DNA from: Candidatus Poribacteria bacterium
GTDB taxonomy: Bacteria > Poribacteria > WGA-4E > WGA-3G
NCBI GenBank assembly: GCA_965205015.1
Contig: OZ242029.1
Coordinates: 4,320,001-4,384,000 of the forward strand
DNA: 64,000 bases
Direction of reading: 5' to 3'
The notes under the pieces were generated by a model. It saw only the letters and a program-made list of their open reading frames with translations, was not told where the DNA came from and searched no databases. This document shows, piece by piece, positions 10,331 to 20,656 of this stretch; position 1 is the first letter of the stretch, and every line of letters starts with the position of its first letter. The position numbers and the translations under genes were made by a program.

Positions 10331-10410
10331 TTTTTTAATTTTCCTTGCGGTTCGATTCGCGTGCTTGAGGCGGCTCACGTTCCTTTCCGTAGATCCGCCT
10401 TCCACTTCGT

Positions 10411-10525
10411 TAGTTATCGGTCATCGGTTAAGAGGTTTTCGTCTAACAGGGGAAATCCACAGAAATCCGCAGAAATACCCTATCAAAAACCCCCTCTTGT
10501 AACTGATAACCGACAACTGACTACC
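10411..10525. repeat. Heptamer-ended repeat element (copy D)
   Basis: TAGTTATCGGTCATCGGTTAAGAGG ... CCTCTTGTAACTGATAACCGACAACTGACTA (inverted arms). Confidence 0.7.
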
Positions 10526-10528
10526 AAT

Positions 10529-11527
10529 TTATTCCTCGAATGCCGCATCAAAGGCAACTGCAGAGGGTTCAAAATCATAGCCCTTGACGGCAGCACAAGA
10601 TTCACGGGCACCGTGTTCACGATCCATGCCGCTGTCTTCCCACTCAATGGAGAGCGGACCGTCGTATTCCATGACATTGAGCGCACGGATAATTTCTTCA
10701 AAGTTAACGTTACCACGACCGATAGAACGGAAGTCCCAATTTCTTCGAGCATCTCCGAAGTTCAGATGTCCACCGAATACACCGGATAAACGGGGTGTAT
10801 CAGCCCACCAGACATCCTTCATGTGGACGTGATAAATCCGGTTGCTCAACCGTTCAAGGAACGCTACATAGTCAACACCTTGATAGCCGAGGTGGCTGGG
10901 ATCATAATTGAATCCGAATGCCTCTCTGCCGTTGACTGCCTCGATTGCACGCTCTGCGGTGACGATGTCAAATGCAATTTCCGTGGGATGCACTTCAAGT
11001 CCGAATTTGACCCCGACTTCATCGAAAACATCGAAGATCGGGTTCCAGCGATTGGCGAAATCCTCAAAACCCGCATCAATTTGCGCTGGGTCATTCGGCG
11101 GGAAGGAGTAGAGAAGATGCCATATCGAACTACCGGTGAAACCGTTGACGACGCTGACGCCAAGTTTTGCGGCAGCACGCGCTGTGTTTTTCATCTCTTC
11201 GGCGGCGCGTTCCTGAACGCCTGCGGGATCCCCGTCGCCCCAGATCGCCTCTGATACGATGCCTTGATGTCGGCTGTCAATATTATCGCAGACTGCCTGT
11301 CCGACAAGGTGATTGCTGATTGACCAAACTTTGAGTCCGTATTTCGCGAGAAGATCGTGTCTGCCTTGGCAGTAGTTATCGTCTGCGAGTGCCTTGTCAA
11401 CTTCAAAGTGGTCGCCCCAACAGGCGAGTTCTAAGCCATCATAGCCCCATCCACTCGCTTTTTCTGCTAATTCCTCTAATGTCAAATCTGCCCATTGGCC
11501 TGTAAAGAGTGTTACAGGTCTTGCCAT
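10529..11527 (-). CDS. Sugar phosphate isomerase/epimerase (xylose-isomerase-like TIM barrel)
   Basis: [45 protein letters not shown] metal-ligand motifs. Confidence 0.9.
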   Translation of the reverse strand: MARPVTLFTGQWADLTLEELAEKASGWGYDGLELACWGDHFEVDKALADDNYCQGRHDLLAKYGLKVWSISNHLVGQAVCDNIDSRHQGIVSEAIWGDGDPAGVQERAAEEMKNTARAAAKLGVSVVNGFTGSSIWHLLYSFPPNDPAQIDAGFEDFANRWNPIFDVFDEVGVKFGLEVHPTEIAFDIVTAERAIEAVNGREAFGFNYDPSHLGYQGVDYVAFLERLSNRIYHVHMKDVWWADTPRLSGVFGGHLNFGDARRNWDFRSIGRGNVNFEEIIRALNVMEYDGPLSIEWEDSGMDREHGARESCAAVKGYDFEPSAVAFDAAFEE

Positions 11528-11542
11528 AGTATGTCTCCTTTT

Positions 11543-11630
11543 GAGTTGTCAGTTACCCGCTTGTAAGAGGGCAAGCGTTTGCACCCGCCACACGATTAAC
11601 TGATCCCTGTTAACTGATAACCGATAACTA
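11543..11630. repeat. Heptamer-ended repeat element (copy E)
   Basis: GAGTTGTCAGTT ... TTAACTGATAACCGATAACTA. Confidence 0.6.
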
Positions 11631-12803
11631 TTATGCTGGCGGCGTATATCTCGCGTCGATCCAGGCGCGTTGTTTTCCGCTGTCTACGGCGGCGTTGATG
11701 AAATGTACCCCGCGCGCTCCGTCTTGAACGGTTGGGAAATCTGTGTCGAATTCAGTTGGGACTTCACCTGCGATTTTCGCTGCCATTGTCCGTGCGGCGT
11801 TTACATAAATATTTGCGAATGCCTCGATAAAAGCTTCAGGGTGTCCGAAGGGTATCCGCGAGTTGTGTTGGACGACCTCTGATAAGTAGTCGTTGCCGCG
11901 TTTGTAAACCTGTTCAGGACCATCGGGAAAGCGAACGTAGAGATAGTTTGGGTTCTCCTGATGCCATTCCAGCGATGCGTCGGTACCGTAAACACGGATA
12001 CGCAGGTTGTTCTCTTCACCTACCGAGATTTGTGAGGCGTAAAGCACGCCGCGGACTCCGTTTTCATAATGGACCAATAGATTTCCATCGTCTTCTAACA
12101 AGCGGCCTTCCACGAAAGTGGTCATATCCGCACAGATTTCTTCGATGTCGAGTCCTGTGATGTAGTGTGCTAAGTTCTCTGCGTGGGAGCCGATGTCTCC
12201 GATACATGAGGAGGCGCCCGCTTGACTGGGATCGGTGCGCCAGACGGCTTGTTTCGCGCCTTCGTTCTCTAAAAATGTGGCGAGCCAGCCTTGCGGGTAT
12301 TCGACGACGATTTTGCGGAGCGTTCCGAGTTTTCCTGCTTTCACGAGTTCACGTGCCTGCTTCACCATTGGATAACCGGTGTAATTGTGTGTGAGTGCGA
12401 AAACGACATCGTGTTCTTTGACGAGGGCGCATAACGTTTCAGCGTCGGCGACCGTTGTTGTCATCGGCTTATCGCAGACGACGTGGAACCCGGCTTCAAT
12501 AAAGGTTTTGGCGACGTCGAAATGGACATGGTTCGGTGTCACGATTGAGACGAAATCAATGCGTTCGCCTTCAGGCAGTTGGCTCTCTTTTTCTGCCATC
12601 TCGTGGTATGATCCGTAGACCCGATTCGCGTCGAGGAAAAGCTCTGCCCCTTGTTGACGGGATTTTTCGGGTGATGATGAGAACGCACCCGCAACGAGAT
12701 CGATTTCTCCATCGAGTGCCGCGGCTTTCCGATGGACAGCACCGATAAAGGCATCCGGTCCACCCCCGACCATGCCGTAACGTATTTTCCTGTTCAGTGG
12801 CAT
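11631..12803 (-). CDS. Gfo/Idh/MocA family oxidoreductase
   Basis: [53 protein letters not shown]. Confidence 0.9.
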   Translation of the reverse strand: MPLNRKIRYGMVGGGPDAFIGAVHRKAAALDGEIDLVAGAFSSSPEKSRQQGAELFLDANRVYGSYHEMAEKESQLPEGERIDFVSIVTPNHVHFDVAKTFIEAGFHVVCDKPMTTTVADAETLCALVKEHDVVFALTHNYTGYPMVKQARELVKAGKLGTLRKIVVEYPQGWLATFLENEGAKQAVWRTDPSQAGASSCIGDIGSHAENLAHYITGLDIEEICADMTTFVEGRLLEDDGNLLVHYENGVRGVLYASQISVGEENNLRIRVYGTDASLEWHQENPNYLYVRFPDGPEQVYKRGNDYLSEVVQHNSRIPFGHPEAFIEAFANIYVNAARTMAAKIAGEVPTEFDTDFPTVQDGARGVHFINAAVDSGKQRAWIDARYTPPA

Positions 12804-13081
12804 CTTGCGTGTTTTCTCCTTTGAGAATAAGATATTTTGATTCCAAAATACATTATCTCATATTTGGGTGTTTTTTTCAAGATTTTTGTGGATGTGTGAA
12901 TATTTTGTTAAAATTTAGGTTGGAAGGGGAGTGGGATCGTTAGAATCAGGATTCCCGCGATAATAAGGACTGTAGGAGCTGGGAAGTGGAAATCACCACT
13001 GAGATTTTCTGTATACAACTTCTCAATTTGTGGTATACTGTTTGCAGAAATCGAAAGTGTTTGCTGTTTAAGGAGATTTGC

Positions 13082-14050
13082 ATGAGTACAGAAAGAAAAT
13101 GGGATGATTCAATTGTCCGCTACCCCGATCCGGCAATTGAGGCATTAGACCCCCGTTTCGGGGAATATACAATCGGTAATTCTGTCGTCGAACGGTTATG
13201 GACAGGCTCGCGCTGGGCAGAGGGACCCGCCTGGTTCGGTGATGGTGGTTATCTGCTCTGGAGCGATATTCCGAACAATCGGATTCTGAAATGGGAGGAA
13301 TCCACCGGCGATGTAAGCGTCTACCGTAAACCGTCCAACTATAGCAACGGGCACACCCGCGATCGTCAGGGAAGGCTCATCAGTTGTGAACACGGCGCAC
13401 GACGCGTCACGCGAACCGAATATGATGGAACAATTACGGTGCTGATGGACAGTTTTGATGACAAACCGCTCAACGCACCGAATGATGTTGCTGTCCATCC
13501 CGATGGACATGTCTGGTTTACGGATCCCGGATACGGGATTATGCTCAACTATGAAGGACACGTCGCCGAATTTGAATTGCCGACCTGTGTGTATCGTCTC
13601 AATCCGGATACGGGGGAAGCAACCGTTGTAACGGATGAACTTGAGAAACCGAACGGTATCTGTTTTTCACCCGATTATGAGAAACTCTATCTTGTGGATA
13701 CCGGTGTTACGCATAAAGAGGGAACACCGCGGCATCTCTTCGTGTACGATGTTATAGATGGCGAACGGTTGGGCACACAAGAGGTGTTCTGTGATACATC
13801 GCCCGGTATTGCTGACGGTATTCGGTGTGATGTCGATGGAAACCTGTGGGCGAGTGCGGGGTGGGTTGGCGATGGATACGATGGCGTGCATGTCTTCGCA
13901 CCGGACGGGACACGTATCGGACAGATTCATCTCCCAGAAATTTGTGCAAACCTCTGCTTCGGTGGTGTGAAAAGGAATCGACTGTTTATGATGGGTAGCC
14001 AGTCTCTCTACGCGGTTTATGTGGAAGCGCAGGGAGTTCCGTATTTTTAG
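13082..14050 (+). CDS. SMP-30/gluconolactonase family protein
   Basis: WAEGPAW, SDIPNNRI, LNAPND, KPNGICFSPD, ADGIRCDVDGNLW; ATG 13082 follows an AGGAG RBS. Confidence 0.9.
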   Translation: MSTERKWDDSIVRYPDPAIEALDPRFGEYTIGNSVVERLWTGSRWAEGPAWFGDGGYLLWSDIPNNRILKWEESTGDVSVYRKPSNYSNGHTRDRQGRLISCEHGARRVTRTEYDGTITVLMDSFDDKPLNAPNDVAVHPDGHVWFTDPGYGIMLNYEGHVAEFELPTCVYRLNPDTGEATVVTDELEKPNGICFSPDYEKLYLVDTGVTHKEGTPRHLFVYDVIDGERLGTQEVFCDTSPGIADGIRCDVDGNLWASAGWVGDGYDGVHVFAPDGTRIGQIHLPEICANLCFGGVKRNRLFMMGSQSLYAVYVEAQGVPYF

Positions 14051-14086
14051 TAGGGATGACAACTCGCTTTTACGCTGCTGCGGAGG

Positions 14087-14206
14087 CACAGGATCGCCAA
14101 CGGTTTCCTATGCTACAGGGCACAGGCTAACAGCCTATGCTACAAAGACGGGACACAGGCTAACGGTCGCCTATACTACGAGGCACAGGCTAACAGCCTA
14201 TGCTAC
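14087..14206. repeat. Cluster of four REP-like palindromic units
   Basis: CACAGGCTAACAGCCTATGCTAC exact at 14121 and 14184, degenerate at about 14087 and 14154; the reverse strand begins GTAG followed by a hairpin. Confidence 0.75.
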
Positions 14207-14212
14207 AAAAAA

Positions 14213-15031
14213 ATGAACGTAGACACCCTCGAACATATCAACTGCCCAATTTGTGAGCGGGATGAAACGGAGGAACTTTTCAGTAAGGACGCCTTATCGG
14301 TAGTCGTTTGCAAGCGGTGTTTGTTCCGGTATGTCAATCCGCGGATCAATCGTCAGATGCTTGAAAATGGGTATGTTGAGACCTACTATCCGCCGGATAA
14401 AGTAGAGCGCATCCATACGGATAACATGGAATGGTTGCAGATGGCAGAGCGTTTGACGGAATTAGAGAAACAGCATCAGCATAAAGGGAGACTCTTAGAT
14501 GTTGGGTGCGGTATTGGAACGTTTCTGCATCTCGCTCGCGAACAGGGGTGGGAATCCCACGGAGTTGACCCCTCCAAGAGTGGCAGTACTTTCGCACAGG
14601 AGATACATCAATTGGATGTGCAGTGTGGAGAGGTCTTTGATGCGAATTTTCCGACTGCGCATTTCGAGGCAATTACCCTCTACCATGTATTGGAGCATAT
14701 CCCGGAATTAAATCCATTCCTCAGCGAATTACGTCGCGTTCTCAAGCCTCAGACAGGGACCCTTGTCATTGAGGTACCGAACGGTGAGGGGTTGCAGAGC
14801 CGTCTCCAGAAAGCGGAGTGGCCCTATGTCCATCCGCACGATCATCTCTACTATTTTTCTGCGCGCTCCTTACCCAAATTACTTCGGAAACACGGTTTTC
14901 AAGACATTACATTGGGGAAACCGAGGCGCGTTAGCCCGACAGCAGGGATCGGTTTCGCACTTCGTCAAGCGGCGACTGCTGCCTTGGTTCGATTCCATTT
15001 AGGGACAGTGATTCGAGTATATGCGAGTTAG
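14213..15031 (+). CDS. Class I SAM-dependent methyltransferase with an N-terminal Zn-finger
   Basis: CPIC...CKRC; LLDVGCGIG; YHVLEHIP; IEVPN; HLYYFS. Confidence 0.85.
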   Translation: MNVDTLEHINCPICERDETEELFSKDALSVVVCKRCLFRYVNPRINRQMLENGYVETYYPPDKVERIHTDNMEWLQMAERLTELEKQHQHKGRLLDVGCGIGTFLHLAREQGWESHGVDPSKSGSTFAQEIHQLDVQCGEVFDANFPTAHFEAITLYHVLEHIPELNPFLSELRRVLKPQTGTLVIEVPNGEGLQSRLQKAEWPYVHPHDHLYYFSARSLPKLLRKHGFQDITLGKPRRVSPTAGIGFALRQAATAALVRFHLGTVIRVYAS

Positions 15032-15041
15032 GAGGGACGGT

Positions 15042-15509
15042 TCACGATCTTGGTGCTTTATAAGAGAATGTTTGAATGACCTCATTCATGAGTAACCGCT
15101 GCGCGATTGTCTCAAGCACTTCCGTATTCAGGGTCCCAGTGAACCAATATTTATGTCCCGTGCGAACGGTCGTGACGCCTGCGATGCCTAAATCGATAAT
15201 GCCTTTGACGGTGCTATCACCAACGGCATCCGTAACACCAGGCTTGAATTGGACTTCAAGGGTCCAATCTGTCTCCGTATTATTTTCGGTTCCAAAGGCG
15301 TAAGCTTGTGTAATGGGATCTGCGAGGAGTTCAGTGCCGATTCGGTCAATAGTTTCTGCGTCAAGGGTTCCTTCGATCCAATAAACCGTGGCTGTGCGGA
15401 CAGAATTGATGCCACTGATACCAAGATCGGTTATATCTTCGAGAATCCCTTGTCCAACGGTATCGGGGACTTCGGGTTTATAGTAGACTTCAACTTTCCA
15501 ATTGTTCAT
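15042..15509 (-). CDS. purS: Tandem PurS-PurS domain protein (FGAM synthase PurS subunit)
   Basis: Two similar halves: VEVYYKPEVPDTVG...LLADPITQAY and LEVQFKPGVTDAVG...LLMNEVIQTF. Confidence 0.75.
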   Translation of the reverse strand: MNNWKVEVYYKPEVPDTVGQGILEDITDLGISGINSVRTATVYWIEGTLDAETIDRIGTELLADPITQAYAFGTENNTETDWTLEVQFKPGVTDAVGDSTVKGIIDLGIAGVTTVRTGHKYWFTGTLNTEVLETIAQRLLMNEVIQTFSYKAPRS

Positions 15510-15574
15510 GGTTTTGTCGTTTCTATTTCCGTAAATGGAAATTCCTCTATATATTTTTTATGGGACGCTGAAAA

Positions 15575-16393
15575 ATGCCAACGTTAAATATTCTTGTTTT
15601 TGGGGCACATCCCGATGATTGTGATATTAAAGCAGGAGGCGTCGCTACCTTGTATGCCCAACAGGGACATCGCGTTAAATTTGTTTCTGTTACAAACGGC
15701 GATGCCGGACATCACGAAATGGGTGGCGGTCCTTTGGCGCAGCGGCGATATAAAGAGGCACAAGCCGCCGCCGAAATCATCGGCATTGAATATGAATTAT
15801 TCGACAATCACGATGGTGAACTGATGCCGACGTTAGAAAACCGGTATCAGGTTATTCGTGCAATTCGTGAATTCCAGCCAGATTTAATAATGACGCACCG
15901 ACCCAACGATTATCACCCTGACCACCGGTATACGTCAATTTTGGTTCAGGACGCGGCGTATATGGTTACGGTGCCGAATATCTGTGCCCTCACACCGCAT
16001 TTGGAGAAAAATCCCGTTATTGCTTATTTGAGCGATGGTTTCATGAAGCCCTATCCGTTCACACCGGATGTCGTTGTTGGCATTGATGCTATCGTTGAAC
16101 AGAAGATCGATATGCTTCACTGTCACGTATCACAGTTTTACGAGTGGCTTCCTTACAACAGTGGCTCGTTAGATGCTGTGCCCACAGGCGAATCGGCGCG
16201 GCGTGCTTGGCTCGCTGAACGGTTGTTAAATCGTTTCCGAGATGTTGCTGAAAAGCATCGAGATGTGCTAATTGCCCTCTATGGTGAAGAAGCCGGTGCA
16301 CAAACCAAGTATGCTGAGGCATTTGAGGGATGCGAGTACGGTTCCGCACTCACCGCAGAAAATATCCCCACCCTCTTTCCATTTTTCAAGTAA
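15575..16393 (+). CDS. PIG-L/LmbE family deacetylase
   Basis: GAHPDDCD, VTNGDAG and DYHPDHR motifs. Confidence 0.9.
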   Translation: MPTLNILVFGAHPDDCDIKAGGVATLYAQQGHRVKFVSVTNGDAGHHEMGGGPLAQRRYKEAQAAAEIIGIEYELFDNHDGELMPTLENRYQVIRAIREFQPDLIMTHRPNDYHPDHRYTSILVQDAAYMVTVPNICALTPHLEKNPVIAYLSDGFMKPYPFTPDVVVGIDAIVEQKIDMLHCHVSQFYEWLPYNSGSLDAVPTGESARRAWLAERLLNRFRDVAEKHRDVLIALYGEEAGAQTKYAEAFEGCEYGSALTAENIPTLFPFFK

Positions 16394-16412
16394 GGAGCCT
16401 TGTTTTAACGAT

Positions 16413-16679
16413 ATGCCAACGGAACAAGCCAGTCCCAGAACGCTTTTTGTTATTGTCAGCGTTATTGGTCTTATTTTTGCGATTGTTATGGTTATTCTTT
16501 TTTTTAATGCTGCACCGGCGCGTTCAAATATTGAGGTACATCGCGGTTCAGAGGAAGCGATTGAGTGTCTGAAATGTCACTTAAGAGGCGATGAAAAATC
16601 ACCAACGATGCCGCATCTGAATCTCGGTCGGTGCAACCTCTGCCACGGGTTATCCAAGGAAGAACCGCGGGATAATTAG
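16413..16679 (+). CDS. Small membrane-anchored diheme cytochrome c (88 aa)
   Basis: N-terminal TM helix, CLKCH and CNLCH heme motifs, extra His residues; start refined to ATG 16413. Confidence 0.7.
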   Translation: MPTEQASPRTLFVIVSVIGLIFAIVMVILFFNAAPARSNIEVHRGSEEAIECLKCHLRGDEKSPTMPHLNLGRCNLCHGLSKEEPRDN

Positions 16680-16701
16680 TAGGCGTGAGGTAACCTCGCC
16701 T

Positions 16702-17598
16702 CTACGACAGAGTGGCGAGACTCAGGATGGCTTTCATTCCTATCCACGTAACTTTATCTTCTATTTCGCTGATCACCTCGAGACATTGAAATTGATTTGC
16801 TTCTAAAACCGACTTAACTTGTGCAAGTTCAGTCTCCAAAATCCCAGAGAAAATGACGATCCCATCGGGATAGAGCCGCTGTGTACAGAACGGAATCATT
16901 GGAAGAATTGCTTTCGTTAAGATGTTTCCAACGATGAGATGGTATTTGTTTTCTATTCCTTTGAGTCCATCGCCTTGAGATAAACATACCTGCGGTGCTA
17001 CACCGTTTGACTGAAAATTAGCGGCTGCAATGGGGAGTGCTGTCGAGTCAATCTCAATCGCGTCAACGTGTTTCGCGCCTAATTTGATAGCGGCAATTGT
17101 TAAGATCCCGGAACCTGTTCCGATGTCAGCAACTTGATGGTGCGGTTCGACGGTGTGTTCCAATAATTCGAGGGAAAGTCGTGTGGTGGGATGATAACCC
17201 GTCCCGAACGCCATACCCGGATCGAGTTGAATCAAGATTTCCGCTTTGTTGTGGGGGGGATCGCGCCATGTTGGTGCGATAACAATCTTTTTGCCAATGC
17301 GTTGTGGGGGGAAGGCGGATTTCCAGGTTTCTTCCCACTTCTCGGATTTGATATGTTTTAGATCAATTGTTGCGGGGTGTGGTTGAATCCCCCATGTTGG
17401 AAGTTCGGTAAGGAAGTCGCGGAGTTTCTGCATCCGTGCGCCAACCCTATCATCTAAAGGGTAGTGGGCAATGAGGTCTACTGTGGATGCCTTGTTATCC
17501 TTGAGTTCAACGCCGGTTGCGTTTAATTCAAGAAGAAGATTTGCCACGGCTTCTGATGCCGCTTGAGAGGTCGTTACCGTGATTCTTGCCCAGTCCAT
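16702..17598 (-). CDS. prmA: Ribosomal protein L11 methyltransferase
   Basis: LDPGMAFGTGYHPTT, DIGTGSGIL; downstream of dnaJ; the track start lies inside a REP repeat, so it was moved to ATG 17598. Confidence 0.93.
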   Translation of the reverse strand: MDWARITVTTSQAASEAVANLLLELNATGVELKDNKASTVDLIAHYPLDDRVGARMQKLRDFLTELPTWGIQPHPATIDLKHIKSEKWEETWKSAFPPQRIGKKIVIAPTWRDPPHNKAEILIQLDPGMAFGTGYHPTTRLSLELLEHTVEPHHQVADIGTGSGILTIAAIKLGAKHVDAIEIDSTALPIAAANFQSNGVAPQVCLSQGDGLKGIENKYHLIVGNILTKAILPMIPFCTQRLYPDGIVIFSGILETELAQVKSVLEANQFQCLEVISEIEDKVTWIGMKAILSLATLS

Positions 17599-17631
17599 GT
17601 TTGCCACGTTTATGTATTTGCGTTTTCTGTA

Positions 17632-17714
17632 GGGCAGGTACAAGATTTGCCCCTACCGGTGGGCAAGTACAAGACCTGCCCCTACCGGTGGGCAAGTACA
17701 AGACCTGCCCCTAC
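17632..17714. repeat. Three tandem REP-like units, 29-nt period
   Basis: GGGCAAGTACAAGACCTGCCCCTAC(CGGT) at 17632, 17661 and 17690. Confidence 0.8.
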
Positions 17715-17720
17715 GTATTT

Positions 17721-18845
17721 CTATTCGGATTCTTCGTCGTCATGTCTACCGAGCAGTTTATCCCAGAATCCGCCGTGTTCGTTTTGATGGGTTTCGCCTC
17801 GCAGTTTCGCAAATTCTGCTAACGTTTTTCGTTCTTCTGCATTGAGGTTTTTGGGCGTTTCGATCTCTATCCTTACAACCAGATCCCCTGAATAGGATTG
17901 CCCATAATGCGGGACTCCTTTATTGGGTATACGTAGTTGTGCCCCGTACTGGGTGCCCGGTGGAATATCGAGTTCTTCCGGTCCATGAATACTATCAACT
18001 TTGATCTTCCCACCGAGTGTGGCTTGGACGAACGAGATTTTGGCTGATGTAATAAGGTCGTTTCGATCCCGTTGGAAATGTTCGTGTGGTTCGACATTAA
18101 TAACGACAAACAGGTCACCCGAAGGCGCGCCGTTTACACCTATTTCGCCTTTACCTTGTAGTTGGTACTGGAAACCTGTATCAACGCCTTTATCAATATT
18201 TATCGGAATGTCGCGTATGTTTCGAACAGCGCCCCTTCCGCGACAGGATTGACAGGGTTCCTGAATAGTCGCCCCTGCCCCACGACATTTTGGACAGGTT
18301 CGCGACATTGTGAAAAAACCGTGTGATTGGCTGATTTGCCCCCTGCCGTAACATTGCGAACACGGTACAGGACTCGTTCCCTTTTTGGCACCACTGCCTT
18401 CACATGTAGGACACAATTCAATCCGTGGCACTTGGATTGTGGTCTGTTTGCCGTGAATAACGTCTTCCAATGTTATGTCAAGGTGGTATTGTAAATTACG
18501 TCCGGGTTTGGGGGGACGCCGCGCCCCGCCCCTGAATCCACGAAAGAGGTTGCCAAAGACATCACCGAAAACTTCGTCAAAATTTATGGTTAAATCTTCG
18601 AAATTGATCCCCATACCTTCCAGTCCTGCGTGTCCGAACCTATCATAACGGTCCCGTTTTTCACGGTCTCGCAGTACTTCATAAGCCTCAGTGGCTTCTT
18701 TGAATTTGTCTTCAGCAACTGTGTCGCCCGGATTTTTATCCGGATGGAATTGTATGGCGAGTTTGCGGTAAGCCTTCTTTATTTCGTCTTCATCGGCATC
18801 ACGATTGACGTTCAGAATCTCATAATAGTCGCGTTTTTGCGTCAT
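17721..18845 (-). CDS. dnaJ: Chaperone DnaJ
   Basis: J domain with HPD, four CxxCxGxG repeats, C-terminal domain. Confidence 0.97.
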   Translation of the reverse strand: MTQKRDYYEILNVNRDADEDEIKKAYRKLAIQFHPDKNPGDTVAEDKFKEATEAYEVLRDREKRDRYDRFGHAGLEGMGINFEDLTINFDEVFGDVFGNLFRGFRGGARRPPKPGRNLQYHLDITLEDVIHGKQTTIQVPRIELCPTCEGSGAKKGTSPVPCSQCYGRGQISQSHGFFTMSRTCPKCRGAGATIQEPCQSCRGRGAVRNIRDIPINIDKGVDTGFQYQLQGKGEIGVNGAPSGDLFVVINVEPHEHFQRDRNDLITSAKISFVQATLGGKIKVDSIHGPEELDIPPGTQYGAQLRIPNKGVPHYGQSYSGDLVVRIEIETPKNLNAEERKTLAEFAKLRGETHQNEHGGFWDKLLGRHDDEESE

Positions 18846-18863
18846 ATGCTGTCCTTCCTGTGG

Positions 18864-19724
18864 CTATTCAGTCGTGTTCGCAGTCGCATCCGTATCATCC
18901 GATACGTCGCCTGATGTTTCTTCTTCAGCTTCAGCGGGTCCCTGCGAAACGACAACTTGAGAGGCGCGTAGGACACGGGTGTGCAACATGTAGCCACGCC
19001 GAAATTCCTCAATAACTTTTCCCTCCGGCACATCGTCCGATACTGTGACCAAGAGTGCCTCGTGCTGGTTTGGATCGAACATTTCTCCAACCGCTTCAAT
19101 CGGTGTCAACCCGTGGATTTTGAGGGCATCTAAGAGTTGTTTATGGACGAGTTGCACGCCTTCGTTAAAGGTCATGAAAGCTGACGAAATATCGCTCGTC
19201 TCGTCCTGCTCTGCTGCGCTTCTGATCGCGGCTTCCAGACTGTCCAAGGCAGGGATCATCCCTTCTAAAATTCCCTCATTGGCGAATTTGAGTTGCCGTT
19301 GATAATCAGTTTGCAAGCGTTTTTTGGTATTCTCAGCTTCTGCTGCTGTACGCAGGAGACGATCGCGTTCTGCTTTGTATTCTTCATGGACCTGCTGCAC
19401 AGCAGTTTCTACCTCTTTTTCGATTTCCGTGTGCAATAAGTCTTCGCGTTCTGCTTCGTATTGCTCGCGCACTCTTTGCACAATCGTTTCGACTTCTTCT
19501 TTGACGTCGGAGGTGAGGTTGGCAGCGGTTTCTTCGACAGGCGCGATGCGTTCTTCTATCTCCTTTTTTACTTCTGATTTGACTGTATCAAGTGCCGTCT
19601 CCGCGATTTCTCGCATCCGTTCGACAAGTGTTTTTTCTTGACTGTCGGTAGAATCGTTATCGGTAGACGCTTCTTTTTCTGTTTCTTCTTCTGTTTCTAT
19701 GTGTATTTCTCTAACTTCAGCCAT
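18864..19724 (-). CDS. grpE: Nucleotide exchange factor GrpE (extended N-terminus)
   Basis: LRTAAEAENTKKR, FDPNQHEAL, GYMLHTRVLRASQVVVS. Confidence 0.93.
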   Translation of the reverse strand: MAEVREIHIETEEETEKEASTDNDSTDSQEKTLVERMREIAETALDTVKSEVKKEIEERIAPVEETAANLTSDVKEEVETIVQRVREQYEAEREDLLHTEIEKEVETAVQQVHEEYKAERDRLLRTAAEAENTKKRLQTDYQRQLKFANEGILEGMIPALDSLEAAIRSAAEQDETSDISSAFMTFNEGVQLVHKQLLDALKIHGLTPIEAVGEMFDPNQHEALLVTVSDDVPEGKVIEEFRRGYMLHTRVLRASQVVVSQGPAEAEEETSGDVSDDTDATANTTE

Positions 19725-19787
19725 AATGAAGCCCTTCTGTCTTTCTTGAGGTGTGCTTGGAAAGCACGCTTGTTTGAGTCGTCCATT

Positions 19788-20534
19788 TTAGCTATGAACG
19801 GCGTTAGCAAAGGCTCTCATCAGTTCGAGAGAGCCGTTTTCTTCGAGGATATTCCCTGTGACGATGAAGTCCGCCCCTGCTTCTACCTTTTTTGCGGCGA
19901 TTTCTGGTGTCCGGATGCCTCCACCGACGATGAGTGGGATGCTGATTTGATTTTTTACTGTTGTGATCATCTCTTCTGGAACAGAGTGGACAGCACCACT
20001 TCCTGCCTCCAGATATACCATTTGCATACCGAGATACTGGGCAGCTAATGCGTGTGGTCCCGCAATGTCGGGTTTATCACGCGGTATGGGAATTGTGCCA
20101 CTCATAAATTCAACGGCGGTTTTGTTGCCGCCTTCAATCAGCATATAGCCAGTTGGAATGGGTTTAAGCGCGTAACGTTGTATCCACGGTGCGGCTTTGA
20201 CCTGTTCGCCAATAAGATAGTTCGGGTTGCGTCCACTTATGAGACTGATATACAGAATGGCATCCGCATGGGGAGTGAGGTGCATCGAATCGCCTGGAAA
20301 TAACACCAGCGGGAGTTCTGTTTCCTGCTTAAGGGCTTTCGCGACGCGGTGTAAATCGTTCGTTAAAAAACTGCCACCGAGCAAAATTGCGTCTGCCCCT
20401 GCCTCTTCTATTTCGCTTGCAAGTTTAACGCATTTTTCAATGTCACACTGCTCCGGATCAATTAGAACGAAATAACCAGCATGGCGATTTTTCAATACCT
20501 CGTGAAAGTAGTTAAGAACCCAATTTGATCTCAA
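19788..20534 (-). CDS. Geranylgeranylglyceryl phosphate (GGGP) synthase, group II-like
   Basis: LIDPE, ILLGGS, LFPG, SLISGRNPNYLIGEQ, TGYMLIEGG, YLEAGSGA, IVGGGIR, GADFIVTGN. Confidence 0.92.
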   Translation of the reverse strand: MRSNWVLNYFHEVLKNRHAGYFVLIDPEQCDIEKCVKLASEIEEAGADAILLGGSFLTNDLHRVAKALKQETELPLVLFPGDSMHLTPHADAILYISLISGRNPNYLIGEQVKAAPWIQRYALKPIPTGYMLIEGGNKTAVEFMSGTIPIPRDKPDIAGPHALAAQYLGMQMVYLEAGSGAVHSVPEEMITTVKNQISIPLIVGGGIRTPEIAAKKVEAGADFIVTGNILEENGSLELMRAFANAVHS

Positions 20535-20627
20535 ATGCGATTTCCTTTTCTGACTATGCTAAATATAGGTTTGAATGCTATGCCATTTCTGATGTTACGG
20601 ACTTAGGGAGCACCAGTTACCTTAAAA

Positions 20628-20656
20628 ATTTTATCATATTTATGTCGATTTGTCAA
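20628..20656 (-). promoter_or_regulatory. Sigma70-type promoter upstream of GGGPS-grpE-dnaJ-prmA
   Basis: TTGACA (20656-20651), 17-nt spacer, extended -10 TGaTAAAAT (hexamer 20633-20628). Confidence 0.65.

Noticed and set aside
14087-14206. Possible CRISPR array
   Set aside because: Units are separated by only a few nt, have no unique 30-40 nt spacers and no cas genes; this fits a REP cluster.
17632-17714. Possible CRISPR (also 48184-48265)
   Set aside because: Head-to-tail 29-nt tandem units with identical linkers and no spacers.
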